DNA of 64,000 nucleotides, from NCBI GenBank assembly GCA_965221125.1, contig CBDCRW010000007.1:800001-864000 (forward strand), in the 5' to 3' direction. The notes under the pieces were generated by a model. That model was given only the letters and a program-made list of their open reading frames with translations, was not told where the DNA came from and did no database searches. Shown piece by piece: positions 8,021 through 18,637 of the stretch. This DNA is from Alphaproteobacteria bacterium (GTDB lineage: Bacteria > Pseudomonadota > Alphaproteobacteria > UBA828). Position numbers and translations under genes: made by a program. The first letter of the stretch is position 1. Every line of letters starts with the position of its first letter.

Positions 8021-11000
8021 ATGAGATCGACGGCCCGCATCGCTCTCCAAGTGTTCGGCGCCCTGTTCGGCGTGCTTGCCGTTCTCTTCGCCCTCGGCGC
8101 GTGGCGGCTGTCGAGCGGCCCGCTTTCGCTGGGATTCCTCTCCCCCTACATCCAGGAGGCCCTCGAGGGCGAAGACCTTCCCTATCGCTTCGAGTTCGAG
8201 GATACCGTCCTCGTCTGGGCGGGCTGGGGCGAAGCTCTCGAATTCCACTTGACCGATCTCCGCATCGCCGACACGAATGGCCACACTCTGGCTGCGGTTC
8301 CGGCCGCCTCGCTGGGCCTGAGCGGCACCTCCCTGTTGCGCGGCAGCATCGCGCCGACGTCGATAGAGCTGATCGAGCCGCGCCTCGGCCTCGTTCGCAG
8401 ACCCGACGGGAGCGTGCACCTCGCCACGAGCGGCGAGGGAGTGAGCACGGACGATGCCGCCAGCGATGCGCTCGTTGCCGACCTGCTTGACCCGCCCCGC
8501 GACGATCACCCGTTATCACAGTTAAGGCGGGTGAGCCTCCGGGATGCCGCCCTCGTCCTTCACGACGAAGTGACCGAACACGACTGGAAGGCGCCGCGTG
8601 CCGATCTCACCCTCAACCTCGACGACGATGCGGTCCTGGGACATCTGTCGATGGAGCTGCAGGTGCAGGACCTGGAGACCCATCTCGAGGTGGAGCTGTT
8701 CCATCACCGCGAGAGCAAGATGGGGAGCGCCGCCATCGGGTTCGCCGGGTTGAACCTGGCCGAGCTTGCCTTCATCGTCCCCGAGCTAGACGACTTCGCT
8801 GGCTTGCGCGTTCCTCTCTCCGGCACGCTCGCGTTCGATATCGCTCCCGGTGGCATTCTCGGCGGCGTGGTCTTCGATGTCGCAGGTGGGGCGGGGGAAA
8901 TCTCCTTGGCCGAGATCCTGCCCACACCGCTTCCGGTTCGCCGGCTCGCCGCCGCGGGCTCGGTCGACGGCGAGCTTTCGCGGCTTGCTCTCAGGGCGCT
9001 CGAAGTCGATACCGACCGCCCCCAATTCCGCCTCGATGGCGAATTGTGGCGAACGGATGCCGGCGTCGGCATCGAGGGGCGGTTCCAGGCAATGGACATG
9101 CCGCTTGACCAACTCGGTACGTACTGGCCGGAGACGTTCATCGAGAACGGCCGCGAATGGATCGTGCAGAACGTCACGGACGGCGTGATCACTCAGTTCG
9201 ACGCCGCTCTCGATATCGAGCCGGGCGACTTTGAAGCCGACCGCTTCGGCGCATCGTCCGCGGTGGGGTCGCTCGAGTTCAAGGATGCGAGCATCCATTA
9301 CTTACGGCCGATGCCACCTGTGACGGGTGTCGACGGAACTGTGCGCTTCACCGGGGATTCTCTGGACATCGCGATGAGCGGGGGCCGCGTCGCAGGGACC
9401 GATGCGCGGCGCGGGACCGCCCTGGTGAGCGACATCCACTCGGCGGTGCCGCGAATGGCGGTGATGGTCGAGGCGGAAGGACCTCTGACCGATGCCCTTA
9501 CCCTGATGGATCATCCTCGGCTCAAGCTGGTGAGCAGCCTCGACCTGGAGCTGGCGTTGACCGGCGGCAGCGTGCACTCCCTGTTCGCTCTTGAGTTCCC
9601 GTTGCTCAAGGAGGTCGAGGCGGAGCAGATCGACGTAAGCGCCGTCGCCCGCGTGCGGGATGTCGGGGTCGAGGAGGTTGCCGGCGTCCTGGACATCACG
9701 GAGGGGGCTCTGCGCCTCGGCGCCGACACCGCAAGCATGGACGTGCGCGGCACGGTCACGCTCGAAGGCGTGCCGGCCACGATCGCTTGGCAACAGCACT
9801 TCAGCGATAATGCTCCATTCGCACGTCAAATCGACGTGTCGACAACGATGACGCCGGAAGGGCAGTCCGCCCTGGGTCTCGACCTGGCGCCTTACGTCGA
9901 GGGGAGCTTCGTCGTCGACGCGATGTACACCGATCCAGGGGCCGGCGAGACGCCGCACGCGGCGTTCGCGCTCGACGTGTCCGAGGCAAGACTGGAGATC
10001 CCGGAGCTCTATTGGGACAAGCCAGCCGGTTCGCCAGGGTCGGTGCGCGTTCTCGCCAACACTCCATCGGAGGGTGCGGTCGAGCTCACCGAGGTCGAGA
10101 TCGAAACGGAGACGCTCTATGGCCTCGGTCGGGTCTCGCTCGCGCGCGAGCTCGGCGGCGTTCGCGACATTACGATCGCGAGACTGCGACACGGAGCCAC
10201 GGACATATCCGGCAGGGTCGAGACTACTGACGCTTCGACCAACATCTCGATCCGGGGCGCCAGTCTGGATGCGCGGCCCTATTTCAGCGAACTGACCACC
10301 GAAGGCGCTCCTGAATTCGGCGAGTACGTGCTCGATATCGATGTCGAACGCCTCCTGACGTCGGACGATCAGCAGTTGACGGGCTTTCGCGCCCGGTTCG
10401 AGGCTGGCGCGGAAAGCGGTCACGTCGGGTTCATGGAAGGAACGTTGGCGACGGGCGCGCCTGTGCGCGTCACCCTCCAGCCACACGAGGGGGAGCGGCT
10501 GCTGACCGTGCGCTCGCGCGACGCAGGCGCCGTAGCCCGCACCTTCGGCATCTACGACAACGCCGTGGGCGGCGAGCTCTCGATGGAGGCGGTGGTGCAC
10601 GACGACCGGCCGGGCAAACCCATCACCGGCACGGTCCGCATAGAAGACTACCGCGTGACCAACGCCCCGACGCTGGCGAAGCTGCTCTCCATCGCGACGC
10701 TGACCGGAATTGTGGATGAGTTGCAGGGCGAGGAGGGGATCGCCTTCTCGCAGTTCGAGATGCCGTTTTCGATCGAAGAAAGTCTACTCACCATTCGGGA
10801 TGGACAGACTTCGGGCTTCGCGCTCGGCGTCAACGTGGGAGGGGCCGTCGATCTTGAGACGGATCAGGTGGCTTTGGACGGTACACTCGTGCCGGCCTAT
10901 ACGCTCAACACCATTTTCGACGCCATTCCGATCTTGGGCGATTTGCTGACCGGCGGCGAAGGCGAGGGCCTGTTCGCGGCGTCGTTTCGTGTCGGCGGGA

Positions 11001-11095
11001 CGACCGAGGAGCCTGACATCTCGGTGAATCCGCTGTCCATCCTGGCGCCAGGATTCGTCCGCGATCTGTTTCCGTTCCTCAAGGGCAACGAGTAG
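8021..11095 (+). CDS. AsmA-like/YhdP (DUF3971) family envelope protein
   Basis: About 1024 aa; N-terminal TM helix then WRLSSGPLSL, beta-rich body, C-terminal GTLVPAYTLN...IPILG...NPLSILAPG. Divergent from glnE, as commonly seen in Alphaproteobacteria. Start 8012 (TTG) or 8021 (ATG). Confidence 0.8.
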   Translation: MRSTARIALQVFGALFGVLAVLFALGAWRLSSGPLSLGFLSPYIQEALEGEDLPYRFEFEDTVLVWAGWGEALEFHLTDLRIADTNGHTLAAVPAASLGLSGTSLLRGSIAPTSIELIEPRLGLVRRPDGSVHLATSGEGVSTDDAASDALVADLLDPPRDDHPLSQLRRVSLRDAALVLHDEVTEHDWKAPRADLTLNLDDDAVLGHLSMELQVQDLETHLEVELFHHRESKMGSAAIGFAGLNLAELAFIVPELDDFAGLRVPLSGTLAFDIAPGGILGGVVFDVAGGAGEISLAEILPTPLPVRRLAAAGSVDGELSRLALRALEVDTDRPQFRLDGELWRTDAGVGIEGRFQAMDMPLDQLGTYWPETFIENGREWIVQNVTDGVITQFDAALDIEPGDFEADRFGASSAVGSLEFKDASIHYLRPMPPVTGVDGTVRFTGDSLDIAMSGGRVAGTDARRGTALVSDIHSAVPRMAVMVEAEGPLTDALTLMDHPRLKLVSSLDLELALTGGSVHSLFALEFPLLKEVEAEQIDVSAVARVRDVGVEEVAGVLDITEGALRLGADTASMDVRGTVTLEGVPATIAWQQHFSDNAPFARQIDVSTTMTPEGQSALGLDLAPYVEGSFVVDAMYTDPGAGETPHAAFALDVSEARLEIPELYWDKPAGSPGSVRVLANTPSEGAVELTEVEIETETLYGLGRVSLARELGGVRDITIARLRHGATDISGRVETTDASTNISIRGASLDARPYFSELTTEGAPEFGEYVLDIDVERLLTSDDQQLTGFRARFEAGAESGHVGFMEGTLATGAPVRVTLQPHEGERLLTVRSRDAGAVARTFGIYDNAVGGELSMEAVVHDDRPGKPITGTVRIEDYRVTNAPTLAKLLSIATLTGIVDELQGEEGIAFSQFEMPFSIEESLLTIRDGQTSGFALGVNVGGAVDLETDQVALDGTLVPAYTLNTIFDAIPILGDLLTGGEGEGLFAASFRVGGTTEEPDISVNPLSILAPGFVRDLFPFLKGNE

Positions 11096-11143
11096 ACGGA
11101 ATCCGGGTAGCTGCTGCGATGCGGCTGACCAGAACTCGGCGGG

Positions 11144-11806
11144 TTATATCGTCGGGGAAGGGGACTCGGCGTTGCTGTCGCTGCCGGCAGCCGTGGCAAG
11201 CTCGAAGACCCGCTCGAAGACGTCCGGCGGCTGCGCGCCGGAAACCGCATACTTGCCCTCGAAGATGAAGCAGGGCACGCCGGATATGCCCATGCGGCTC
11301 GCCGCCTCGCTTTCCCTGCGCACGTGCTCGGCCCCGTCAGTGCCAGCCAGGAAGTTCTCCACGGCTTCTTCGTCGAGGCCGCCGTCCACGCCAGCCGCGG
11401 CAAGGACGGCGCGGTCGCCGATGTCCTCGCCCTGCTCGAAGTAACGGCGAAACAGGGCCTCGACCACCTGGTCCTGTACGCCCTGCTGCCCGGCGTACTC
11501 GATCAGCCGGTGCGAATCGACCGTATTCGGCGTGCGTGCGATGCGATCGAAGACGAATTGGATGCCCTCTGCTTCGCCGGCCTGCTCGATGGTCCCAAAA
11601 ATCTCGGCGACCCGCTCCTCGGAGCCGAACTTGGCCACCATGTAGCGCTGACGGTCCACGCCGTCGGCCGGCATGTCGGGATTGAGCTGGAACGGGCGCC
11701 ACTCGACCGCAAGGTCGGCGGGCCGGCCGGCGCGCGCACGCTCGAAGCGACGCTTGCCGATGTAGCACCAAGGGCAAATCGTGTCGGAAACGATGGAGAC
11801 CTGCAT
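11144..11806 (-). CDS. DsbA-family (FrnE-like) oxidoreductase
   Basis: SDTICPWCYIGKRR, WRPFQLNP, GISGVPCF, SGAQP. Start moved to ATG 11806. Confidence 0.9.
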   Translation of the reverse strand: MQVSIVSDTICPWCYIGKRRFERARAGRPADLAVEWRPFQLNPDMPADGVDRQRYMVAKFGSEERVAEIFGTIEQAGEAEGIQFVFDRIARTPNTVDSHRLIEYAGQQGVQDQVVEALFRRYFEQGEDIGDRAVLAAAGVDGGLDEEAVENFLAGTDGAEHVRRESEAASRMGISGVPCFIFEGKYAVSGAQPPDVFERVFELATAAGSDSNAESPSPTI

Positions 11807-12171
11807 TGCGCGAGTATAGCCGGCAGCTCGCCATCCTGCGAGCCGAGACAGGATGGCACAACCGAGGTGTGCGGACCGGCGGCACCCCACGTCTGCCTGC
11901 GCCAACGCGCCAGTCGTGCTTAGTTAGCATGCCAATAAATATGTCGCGGAGTGACAAGCGTCATTTCGAGCATGTGGTCGAATCGACGACCGGCACCGCC
12001 CATGCCCATTCGGCCAACGACGCAGATGGCACGCCGGAGAACGCAGGGTAAGCCCTGCAGCAACACCACCTTATTCGGAAAATATTTCTACTGGTTAGAT
12101 GATTAGAGTGTTTTGTTTATTTTCTGATCGAAGAACGCCGGCGGTGCTGATGTTGGCACCGCCGGCACCGG

Positions 12172-13575
12172 CTACTCTGCCGAGGCGGCGAGGGGGACCG
12201 GCCCCATGCCTTCGCGGGTGGCGGTGTCGGCGATCTCGTCGAGCACCGCGCCGAGGGAGTCCATCAGCTCGCCGATCTGCTCGGCCGTGATCGAGAAGGG
12301 CGGAGCAACGATGACGGCATCGCCGATGGGCCGCGTGATTAGCCCGCGCGCGTAGGCCGCCTGAACGATGCGCTCGCCGATCTCGTGCTCCGGCGCGAAA
12401 GGACGCTTGCCGGGCTTGTCTGCAACGATCTCGAGCGCGCCGAGGAGACCCACATGCCGCACCTCGCCCACCAGCGGATGGCTCTCGAAGCCCTCGAGCG
12501 CCGCCTTCAGGGTGGGGGCGACCGCCTTCACGTTGTCCAGGAGGCCACCGGGCTCCGTGATGAGCGCAATCGCTTCCAGCGCAACCGCCGCTGCCCCCGG
12601 GCTGCCGCCGGTGGTGAAGCCGTGGGGAAACTCGTCGTAGGCCTCGGCGGCAACGCGCAGCCGGCGGTCCATCTCCGGCGAGAGCAATACCGCCCCCATC
12701 GGCATGTAGCCGGAGGTGAGAGCCTTGGAGGTCACCACGATGTCCGGCGTGAATTCGTATGTCTGGGCGCCCCAGAGATTGCCCGTGCGGCCGAGGCCGG
12801 TGACCACCTCGTCGGCGACCAAGGGGATGCCGTGGCGGTTGAGAACCGCCTGAATCTTCGGGAAATAGCCGGCCGGTGGCGGCACCGCGCCACCTGCGCC
12901 CATGACGGGCTCGGCGAAGAATCCGGCGATGGTCTCCGCTCCCTCGGCCTCGATCAGGCTTTCGAGCTCCGCCGCAAGGCGGTCGGAATAGGCTTCTTCG
13001 CTCTCGCCTGGATGCGCGTTGCGCCAGTGGTGCGGCGCCTCGGCATAGAGCACCTCCGGCAGCGGCAGACCGAATGCGTTGATGTAGGGCTTGCCGTTCA
13101 GACTGCAGGACGCGACGGTGGTGCCGTGATAGGCCATGGAGCGCGAGATGAGCTTGCGCCGCTCCGGCTCGCCCGCGCCCCGCGCCATCATCCACAGCAT
13201 CTTGATGGTGGTGTCGTTGGCCTCTGACCCCGAGTTCACGAAGTAGACCCGCGCCACGTCCATCGGCGCGATCTCCACCAGCTTCTCGGCGAGCACGACC
13301 GGCGGCAGCGCGGTGCGCCCGAAGAACGTGTGGTAGGCGGGCATCTGCGCCATCGCCTCCTGGGCCGCCTGCACCAGCCTGGGCTCGCTGAAACCCGCGA
13401 CGACGTTCCACAGGCCGGACACGCTCTCCAGATAGCGCTTGCCATGCGTGTCGTGGACATAGATACCTTCGCCTCGCTCCAGCACGAGCGGGCCGTCCCG
13501 CTCCAGGCTGGGAAGATGCGTGAAGGAATGAAGATGATGCGCGAGATCGCGCGCCTCGGGGGAGTTCAGCGCCAT
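12172..13575 (-). CDS. Class III PLP-dependent aminotransferase (omega-amino acid type)
   Basis: SGSEAND, AYHGTT, FFAEPVMGAGG, ADEVVTGLGRTG, SKALTSGY, HGFT. Start moved to ATG 13575 (MALNSPEARD). Confidence 0.92.
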   Translation of the reverse strand: MALNSPEARDLAHHLHSFTHLPSLERDGPLVLERGEGIYVHDTHGKRYLESVSGLWNVVAGFSEPRLVQAAQEAMAQMPAYHTFFGRTALPPVVLAEKLVEIAPMDVARVYFVNSGSEANDTTIKMLWMMARGAGEPERRKLISRSMAYHGTTVASCSLNGKPYINAFGLPLPEVLYAEAPHHWRNAHPGESEEAYSDRLAAELESLIEAEGAETIAGFFAEPVMGAGGAVPPPAGYFPKIQAVLNRHGIPLVADEVVTGLGRTGNLWGAQTYEFTPDIVVTSKALTSGYMPMGAVLLSPEMDRRLRVAAEAYDEFPHGFTTGGSPGAAAVALEAIALITEPGGLLDNVKAVAPTLKAALEGFESHPLVGEVRHVGLLGALEIVADKPGKRPFAPEHEIGERIVQAAYARGLITRPIGDAVIVAPPFSITAEQIGELMDSLGAVLDEIADTATREGMGPVPLAASAE

Positions 13576-13655
13576 CGCTCGGAACCTCGTACCGTTCGGT
13601 TGGTGCCGGCACGCTCCGCTGACCGTCGCGTTCGACCGCGAGCAGCGGAGCCACC

Positions 13656-14621
13656 ATGCCAAAAGTAATCATACACGATGCAATCGACGAGGCGGGACTC
13701 GATCTTCTTGAACGCCGCGCGGACCTGGAAATCTGCGAGGTGGCGCGGGACGATGACGAGCGGCTCTGCCGCGAGATCGCGGACGCCGACGGCCTCATCC
13801 TGCGCTATCTGCCGCTCGGCGCCGAAGCGCTCGCGGCCTCCACCCGGCTCAAGGTGATCGCGCGGCACGGTGTCGGCTGCGACAACATCGACCTGGCGAC
13901 GGCGACAGCGATGAAGATTCCCGTCGCCACGGTGGGCGACGCCAATGCGGTCACGGTCGCCGAGCTCACCCTCTACTTCATGCTGGCGTTGGCCAAGAAG
14001 AGCCGGCACTACGACGACTCGGTGCGGCGTGGCGACTTTCTCGTGCGCGAGGCTGCCGACCACCTGGAACTCTATGGGCGCACCGTGCTGATCATCGGTT
14101 TCGGGCGCATCGGACGGCGCGTTGCGGCGCGCTGCCGCGCCTTCGAGATGACGGTCCAATGCTGCGATCCCTACATTCCGCAACAGGACATAATCGATGC
14201 CGGGTGTACGCCGGTCGCAAGTCTTGCCGAGGCATTACCCAGGGCGGACTACGTGAGCGTACACGTGCCGCTGAACGATGAGACGCGGCATCTAGTCGAT
14301 CGGACGGTGCTCAACTCGATGAAACCGGGTGCGATCTTCGTCAATGCGGCGCGGGGACCCATCGTGGATGGCAAGGCTCTCCACGAGGCCCTGGAAGCGG
14401 GGCATTTGGCCGGGGCGGGCCTCGACGTATTCGACGAAGAACCGCCGCGACTCGACGACCCACTATTGCAACATCCCTCCACGTTGCTCATGCCGCATAT
14501 GGGAGGCTCGTCCCGCGGCGCTTTTGTCCGCATGGCGACACGGTGCGCGCAAAACGTGCTCGACGCGCTGGATGACCGCCTCGATTCTTCGTTTGTAATC
14601 AACTCTCAAGCTCTGGAATAA
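13656..14621 (+). CDS. D-isomer-specific 2-hydroxyacid dehydrogenase (SerA-like family)
   Basis: ARHGVGCDNID, IIGFGRIG, NAARG, LDVFDEEP, PHMGG. Confidence 0.9.
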   Translation: MPKVIIHDAIDEAGLDLLERRADLEICEVARDDDERLCREIADADGLILRYLPLGAEALAASTRLKVIARHGVGCDNIDLATATAMKIPVATVGDANAVTVAELTLYFMLALAKKSRHYDDSVRRGDFLVREAADHLELYGRTVLIIGFGRIGRRVAARCRAFEMTVQCCDPYIPQQDIIDAGCTPVASLAEALPRADYVSVHVPLNDETRHLVDRTVLNSMKPGAIFVNAARGPIVDGKALHEALEAGHLAGAGLDVFDEEPPRLDDPLLQHPSTLLMPHMGGSSRGAFVRMATRCAQNVLDALDDRLDSSFVINSQALE

Positions 14622-14728
14622 GCGACCGTCCGGCGCACTCGGGCCAAACCTCGATCACCAACGCTTGAATGGCGCCGAAACAAATAGGGGTTGGCGCGAC
14701 GATACCCGGCGTGTCATAGGGGCCCGCC

Positions 14729-15739
14729 ATGAGGCGGCGCGAAACGCGAATCGGGATGAAACCCGCGTGCATGGCGGCAAGTGCGGCGCTCTTTGGCGCG
14801 CTGCTAATGGGCGGTGCAATGGCGCAGGAAGACGGCGCCGAAAGCTTTGCAGAGTGGCGCGAAGGCGTGCGTAACGAGGCGCTGGAGATCGGGATTAGTG
14901 CGGCGATTTTCGATGCTGCTTTCACAGATGTCGAGCCCATTCCGCGCGTGATCGAACTGGACCGTTCCCAACCTGAAGTCACCCTGACGTTTGATCAGTA
15001 CGTGGAGCGTGTGGTGCCCGAATCGCGGGTCGAGAAGGGGCGGACGCTGCTCACGGAGCACCGCGACCTGCTCGAGCCGATCGGCCGCAAGTACGGCGTG
15101 CCCCCGCGTTTCATCGTCGCACTCTGGGGCATCGAGACGAATTTCGGCCAGTATCTTGGCGGCTTCCCGGTGATCGCCTCCCTCGCCACGCTTGCCTACG
15201 ACGGTAGGCGCAGCGCCTATTTCCGCCAGGAGCTTCTGCAAGCGCTCCGCATCCTGGAGGACGGCCACATCACGCCGGAGGCGATGATGGGAAGCTGGGC
15301 CGGCGCCATGGGGCAGAGCCAGTTCATGCCGTCGAGCTTCGTGAACTACGCCGTGGACCATGACGGCGACGGCAGGCGCGACATCTGGGGCACGCAGGGC
15401 GACGTCTTCGCCTCCGCGGCCAACTATCTTGCGCAAGCCGGTTGGCGGGCCGGCGAGACCTGGGGGCGGCAGGTGACGCTGCCGTCGGGCTTCGACCATG
15501 CTCTCACCGGGCTGGAGGTGAAGAAGACCCTCGCCGAGTGGCAGGCCCTGGGTCTTCGCCGCGCCGACGGCAGTGACCTGCCGCAAGCCGACATCGGCGG
15601 CTCCGTGGTCCTGCCCGGTGGGGAAGGGGGGCCTGCCTACCTCGTCTACAACAACTACCGGACGATCATGCGGTGGAACCGGTCGTTCTACTTCGCAACA
15701 TCTGTCGGTCTGCTCGCCGACGGAATTGGAAGGCGGTGA
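14729..15739 (+). CDS. Lytic murein transglycosylase (MltB/SLT_2 family)
   Basis: Signal peptide, LDRSQPE, LWGIETNFG, GSWAGAMGQSQFMPSS, EF-hand DHDGDGRRD, WNRSFYFA. Start could be 14729, 14756 or 14771. Confidence 0.9.
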   Translation: MRRRETRIGMKPACMAASAALFGALLMGGAMAQEDGAESFAEWREGVRNEALEIGISAAIFDAAFTDVEPIPRVIELDRSQPEVTLTFDQYVERVVPESRVEKGRTLLTEHRDLLEPIGRKYGVPPRFIVALWGIETNFGQYLGGFPVIASLATLAYDGRRSAYFRQELLQALRILEDGHITPEAMMGSWAGAMGQSQFMPSSFVNYAVDHDGDGRRDIWGTQGDVFASAANYLAQAGWRAGETWGRQVTLPSGFDHALTGLEVKKTLAEWQALGLRRADGSDLPQADIGGSVVLPGGEGGPAYLVYNNYRTIMRWNRSFYFATSVGLLADGIGRR

Positions 15740-15758
15740 CGGCCGGCCGCTCCGGCCG

Positions 15759-16712
15759 ATGACGCGGAAACCGCTCTTTCTCTTGTCGCTTGCGCTCGGC
15801 CTGCTCGCGCTCGCCGGCTGCAACGAGATGAAGCTCGCCCTCCACGTCGTCAAGAAGCTGAGCCTAGAGACGGAGGAGACGGAACCCCTGCCCGCAGCGG
15901 CAGAGGAGGAGGGTTACAAGCTCGGCGAGCCCTACGAGATCGATCACGTCTGGTATTTCCCGAACTACGACTCCAACTACGACCGGACCGGCGTCGCCTC
16001 CTGGTACGGGCATCCGTTCCACGGCCGGCCCACGGCCAACGGCGAGCGCTACGACATGAACGACGTCACCGCCGCCCATCCGACGCTGCCGCTCCCCAGC
16101 CGCGTGCGCGTGACCAACCTGGAAAACGGCCGGCAGCTGATCGTGCGCGTGAACGACCGCGGGCCCTTCATCGATGGGCGGCTCATTGACGTCTCCCGCC
16201 GTGCCGCGCAGCTTCTCGGCTTCTACCGCACGGGCCTGGCCGAGGTCCGGGTCGAGTATCTCGGCCTGGACCATCTCGAGCCCGACGTGCCGTGGCCCGC
16301 GGATTCGCCGAAGACCCTGCTGGCCAACGGCACGCCGTCCGAGACCGCCACGTCTCACGAAGTAGCGTCTTCGGCCGGGGCGGTCGAGCGGCCGCCGGTC
16401 AAGCCGGTACGCAAGGCGGCTCTCGACCCGCCGCAAACGGAGAATGGGCGCACAGCGGCCAGTGCAGGCCGGTCGCGGGGTTTCCTGGTGGAAGCTGCAG
16501 TGATGGAGGGGCGCGACGACGCCGACCGCCTGAGCGCCATCGTGCGCTCGCTCGGCACCGTCGCCGTCGAGCCGGAGCGGCGCAGCGGTCGCGTGGTCTT
16601 TGCGGTCCGCATCGGCCCGGTCGACTCCGACGACGAGGCGGCCACCATTCTCGCGCAACTCAATCAGGCGGGGCTCAAGGAGTCGCATATCATCGCGGCC
16701 GGATACCGCTAG
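15759..16712 (+). CDS. rlpA: Septal ring lytic transglycosylase RlpA (lipoprotein with SPOR-like C-terminus)
   Basis: Lipobox LAGC, GVASWYG, TANGE, AAHPTLPLPS, VRVNDRGPF, IDVSRRAA. Start moved to ATG 15759. Confidence 0.92.
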   Translation: MTRKPLFLLSLALGLLALAGCNEMKLALHVVKKLSLETEETEPLPAAAEEEGYKLGEPYEIDHVWYFPNYDSNYDRTGVASWYGHPFHGRPTANGERYDMNDVTAAHPTLPLPSRVRVTNLENGRQLIVRVNDRGPFIDGRLIDVSRRAAQLLGFYRTGLAEVRVEYLGLDHLEPDVPWPADSPKTLLANGTPSETATSHEVASSAGAVERPPVKPVRKAALDPPQTENGRTAASAGRSRGFLVEAAVMEGRDDADRLSAIVRSLGTVAVEPERRSGRVVFAVRIGPVDSDDEAATILAQLNQAGLKESHIIAAGYR

Positions 16713-16797
16713 AATTGCCCTTTCGCTTGGCCAGCCCCCCGGCGACGGTGTACATCTTGCTGGCTGCGACAATGCGACGCGGGGGAGCCGGAACGTG

Positions 16798-17982
16798 ATG
16801 GCCAATCGAGGAAGCCCGATGCACCGTCGTGTCGCGCCTGCCGTATTCTGCTTCGCGCTCTGCCTGTTGGTGGTTGGCGCCTTCATTGCGGGGTCGCAGT
16901 CCCGGCCGGCTGCCGCAGTCGACACGGAAGCGCAGCAGTTCATCCTGATGGATGCCGGGACCGGCATGGTGCTGGCCGAGAAGAACGCCGACGAGCCCAT
17001 GCACCCGGCGTCCATGAGCAAGATCATGACGCTCTACGTCGCCTTCGAGCATCTGGCGGACGGCCAGCTCACCATGGAGGACACCTTCACGGTGAGCAAG
17101 AAAGCGTGGCGCATGAAAGGGTCACGCATGTTTCTTGAGGTCAATTCGAAGGTGACCGTGGGCGAATTGCTGCGGGGCATCGTCGTGCAGTCCGGCAACG
17201 ACGCCAGCATCGTGATCGCCGAGGGCCTGGCCGGGTCGGAGTCCGCCTTCGCTGACCTGATGAACGAGAAGGCCGCCGAGCTCGGCCTCGACGACAGCCA
17301 CTTCGTCAACTCCACCGGCTGGCCCGATGTCGAACACATGACCACAGCGCGCGACATGGCCGAGCTGTCGCGACGCATCATCATCGACTTCCCCGAGTAC
17401 TACCCGCTGTTTGCCGAGAAGACCTACACCTACAACGGCATCAAGCAGGGCAACCGCAACCCGCTGCTCTACCGTTTCGACGGGGCGGACGGGCTCAAGA
17501 CGGGATACACGCAGGCTTCGGGCCACGGCCTTGCGGCGTCGGCCAAGCGCGGCGAGCAGCGCCTGGTGCTGGTCGTGAACGGGATCAATGGCGTCGATGT
17601 CCGGGCGCGGGAGTCGGAACGCCTGCTGGCTTACGGATTTCGCGCGTTCAAGACCTACGTCCTGTTCCGCGCGGGTGAGGTGGTCGACGAGTTCGAGGTC
17701 TGGATGGGAGAAGCCGACGCGCTGCCGCTGGTCGTGGAAAGCGACGTGGTGCTGATGATGCCGCGCAAGTCGCGCAAGGAGATGATCGTCAAGGTCGTGG
17801 CCGACGGTCCGGTCGCGGCGCCGGTCGAGAGGGGGACACGGGTGGCCAAGCTCGTGGTGAGCGCACCGAACGTGGAGACGCGCGAATGGCCGCTGGTCGC
17901 CGGCGGAACGGTGGACAGCCTCTCCGGATTCGGAAGGATCGGGGCCGCGATCGACGCGCTGATCTGGGGCCGGGGCGGGTAG
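16798..17982 (+). CDS. dacA: D-alanyl-D-alanine carboxypeptidase (PBP5/6 family)
   Basis: SxxK (PASMSK), SGN and KTG motifs; signal peptide. Start 16798 or 16819. Confidence 0.9.
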   Translation: MANRGSPMHRRVAPAVFCFALCLLVVGAFIAGSQSRPAAAVDTEAQQFILMDAGTGMVLAEKNADEPMHPASMSKIMTLYVAFEHLADGQLTMEDTFTVSKKAWRMKGSRMFLEVNSKVTVGELLRGIVVQSGNDASIVIAEGLAGSESAFADLMNEKAAELGLDDSHFVNSTGWPDVEHMTTARDMAELSRRIIIDFPEYYPLFAEKTYTYNGIKQGNRNPLLYRFDGADGLKTGYTQASGHGLAASAKRGEQRLVLVVNGINGVDVRARESERLLAYGFRAFKTYVLFRAGEVVDEFEVWMGEADALPLVVESDVVLMMPRKSRKEMIVKVVADGPVAAPVERGTRVAKLVVSAPNVETREWPLVAGGTVDSLSGFGRIGAAIDALIWGRGG

Positions 17983-17998
17983 GGCACCACGCTGCCGC

Positions 17999-18637
17999 AT
18001 GACGCGCGGACGCTTCATCACGCTGGAAGGCGGCGACGGCGCCGGCAAGTCCCTTCAGGCCGCTCTGCTTCGTGATGTGCTGGAAGCGCGTGGCGTCAGC
18101 ACGCTGCTGACCCGCGAGCCGGGCGGTTCGCCCGGTGCCGAGGAAATCCGCCGCCTCTTGGTCTCCGGCCCGGTGGAGCGTTGGGAGCCGCTGGCCGAGG
18201 CCATGCTCCATGCGGCCGCGCGGCGGGATCATCTGTTGCAGACCATCGAGCCGGCGCTGAAGCAGGGACTCTGGGTCATCTCGGACCGCTTCGTGGATTC
18301 CATGATCGTCTACCAGGGCTACGGCCAGAGCGCCGACCTCGATGTCCTGGAACGCCTCAGCGACCTCTCTCTCGAAGGATTCAAGCCGGACCTTACGGTG
18401 GTGCTGGATATCCCTGTGGCGGAAGGGCTGAGGCGTGCCGAGGCGCGTGCCGGATCGAACCGCTACGAGCGCATGGGCAGCGACTTTCACGAGCGGGTGC
18501 GAGAGGGTTTTTTGGCCCGCGCACGCGCGGAGCCAAAGCGCTTCGCAGTGGTGGATGCGACGGCAGATCCCGATACGGTAAGCCGAGAGATCCTGGACAT
18601 TGTGGCAGCGCGCCTGCCGGTTTCGTTCAATGACTGA
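17999..18637 (+). CDS. tmk: Thymidylate kinase
   Basis: FITLEGGDGAGKS, TREPGG, SDRFVDSMIVYQG. Confidence 0.95.
   Translation: MTRGRFITLEGGDGAGKSLQAALLRDVLEARGVSTLLTREPGGSPGAEEIRRLLVSGPVERWEPLAEAMLHAAARRDHLLQTIEPALKQGLWVISDRFVDSMIVYQGYGQSADLDVLERLSDLSLEGFKPDLTVVLDIPVAEGLRRAEARAGSNRYERMGSDFHERVREGFLARARAEPKRFAVVDATADPDTVSREILDIVAARLPVSFND

Noticed and set aside
11850-12045. Several TGGCAC/TGGCAT words as sigma-54 promoters
   Set aside because: None has the GC of the -12 box at the required spacing.
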